A DNA stretch of 16,585 nt from Verrucomicrobiota bacterium. Lineage in GTDB: Bacteria > Verrucomicrobiota > Verrucomicrobiia > Limisphaerales > CANJSG01. The stretch spans positions 1 through 16,585 of the forward strand of contig JBBQXJ010000095.1 in NCBI GenBank assembly GCA_038209745.1, given 5' to 3'. Positions 16,350 to 16,585 of this stretch are shown one piece after another. A program made the translations under genes and the position numbers. Every line of letters begins with the position of its first letter. Within the stretch, counting starts at the first letter, position 1. Below the pieces are notes generated by a model. It saw only the letters and a list, made by a program, of their open reading frames with translations, ran no database searches and was not told the origin of the DNA.

Positions 16350-16585
16350 ATGAAGGATGAACCGTCGGTGGAATTGTCCGGGACGCGGCGGAGCCTCGAG
16401 GTCCGTCTGGCCCAGCGGCCGGAGCTGCGCGCGCGTCTGGACCAGATCCTGGACATGCTGGACCACTCCGTGGCCGACGGCTGCGACGCGCACGCGGCCG
16501 AGGAGCGGGTCATCGGACAACAGCGCCAGCTCGGGCAGGAAGTCCTCGGGCAGTGGGCGCAGGAGGCCAACGCGCAGGCGCAGGC
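16350..16585 (+). CDS. ISKra4-family (UPF0236-like) transposase N-terminus, partial
   Basis: Not in the ORF track. GGAGG then ATG 16350: MKDEPSVELSGTRRSLEVRLAQRPELRARLDQILDMLDHSVADGCDAHAAEERVIGQQRQLGQEVLGQWAQEAN, matching the remembered RL..HPEL..R...A..AEERVI...R.LG.E.L..WA pattern. Confidence 0.7.
   Translation, partial: MKDEPSVELSGTRRSLEVRLAQRPELRARLDQILDMLDHSVADGCDAHAAEERVIGQQRQLGQEVLGQWAQEANAQAQ

Larger units (their letters stand above)
16259..16585 (+). mobile_element. Left end of an ISKra4-like insertion sequence (partial)
   Basis: Candidate terminal repeat GGGTGTGATTAGAAG at 16259, an AT-richer leader, then a transposase-like ORF running off the window. The boundary is inferred. Confidence 0.6.

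Overview
GC-rich bacterial chromosomal window; gene content and repeat style suggest Verrucomicrobiota (inference). Gene order: 3' end of an upstream gene with an intrinsic terminator; a membrane-anchored, probably HEAT-like hypothetical protein; a cluster of REP-like palindromes; a heterodimeric ABC exporter pair split by a four-helix-bundle (23S rRNA IVP / bAvd-like) gene; an orphan MCP behind a sigma28-like promoter; a decayed arylsulfatase pseudogene; a lower-GC orphan ORF; a CbiX/SirB-like chelatase; a REC-HTH response regulator; ppk1; a secreted FG-GAP/VCBS repeat protein; and the left end of an ISKra4-like IS. The most interesting signals are small repeat elements. (1) The four-helix-bundle gene is bracketed by inverted 7-nt tandem arrays that start exactly where the first ABC gene loses its conserved C-terminus. 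(2) A gene-less inverted heptamer element lies at 10.6-10.7 kb. (3) A complete GTAG-REP doublet is translated in frame inside the ATP-binding domain of the first ABC gene. All family calls come from motif recognition by eye; no searches were run.
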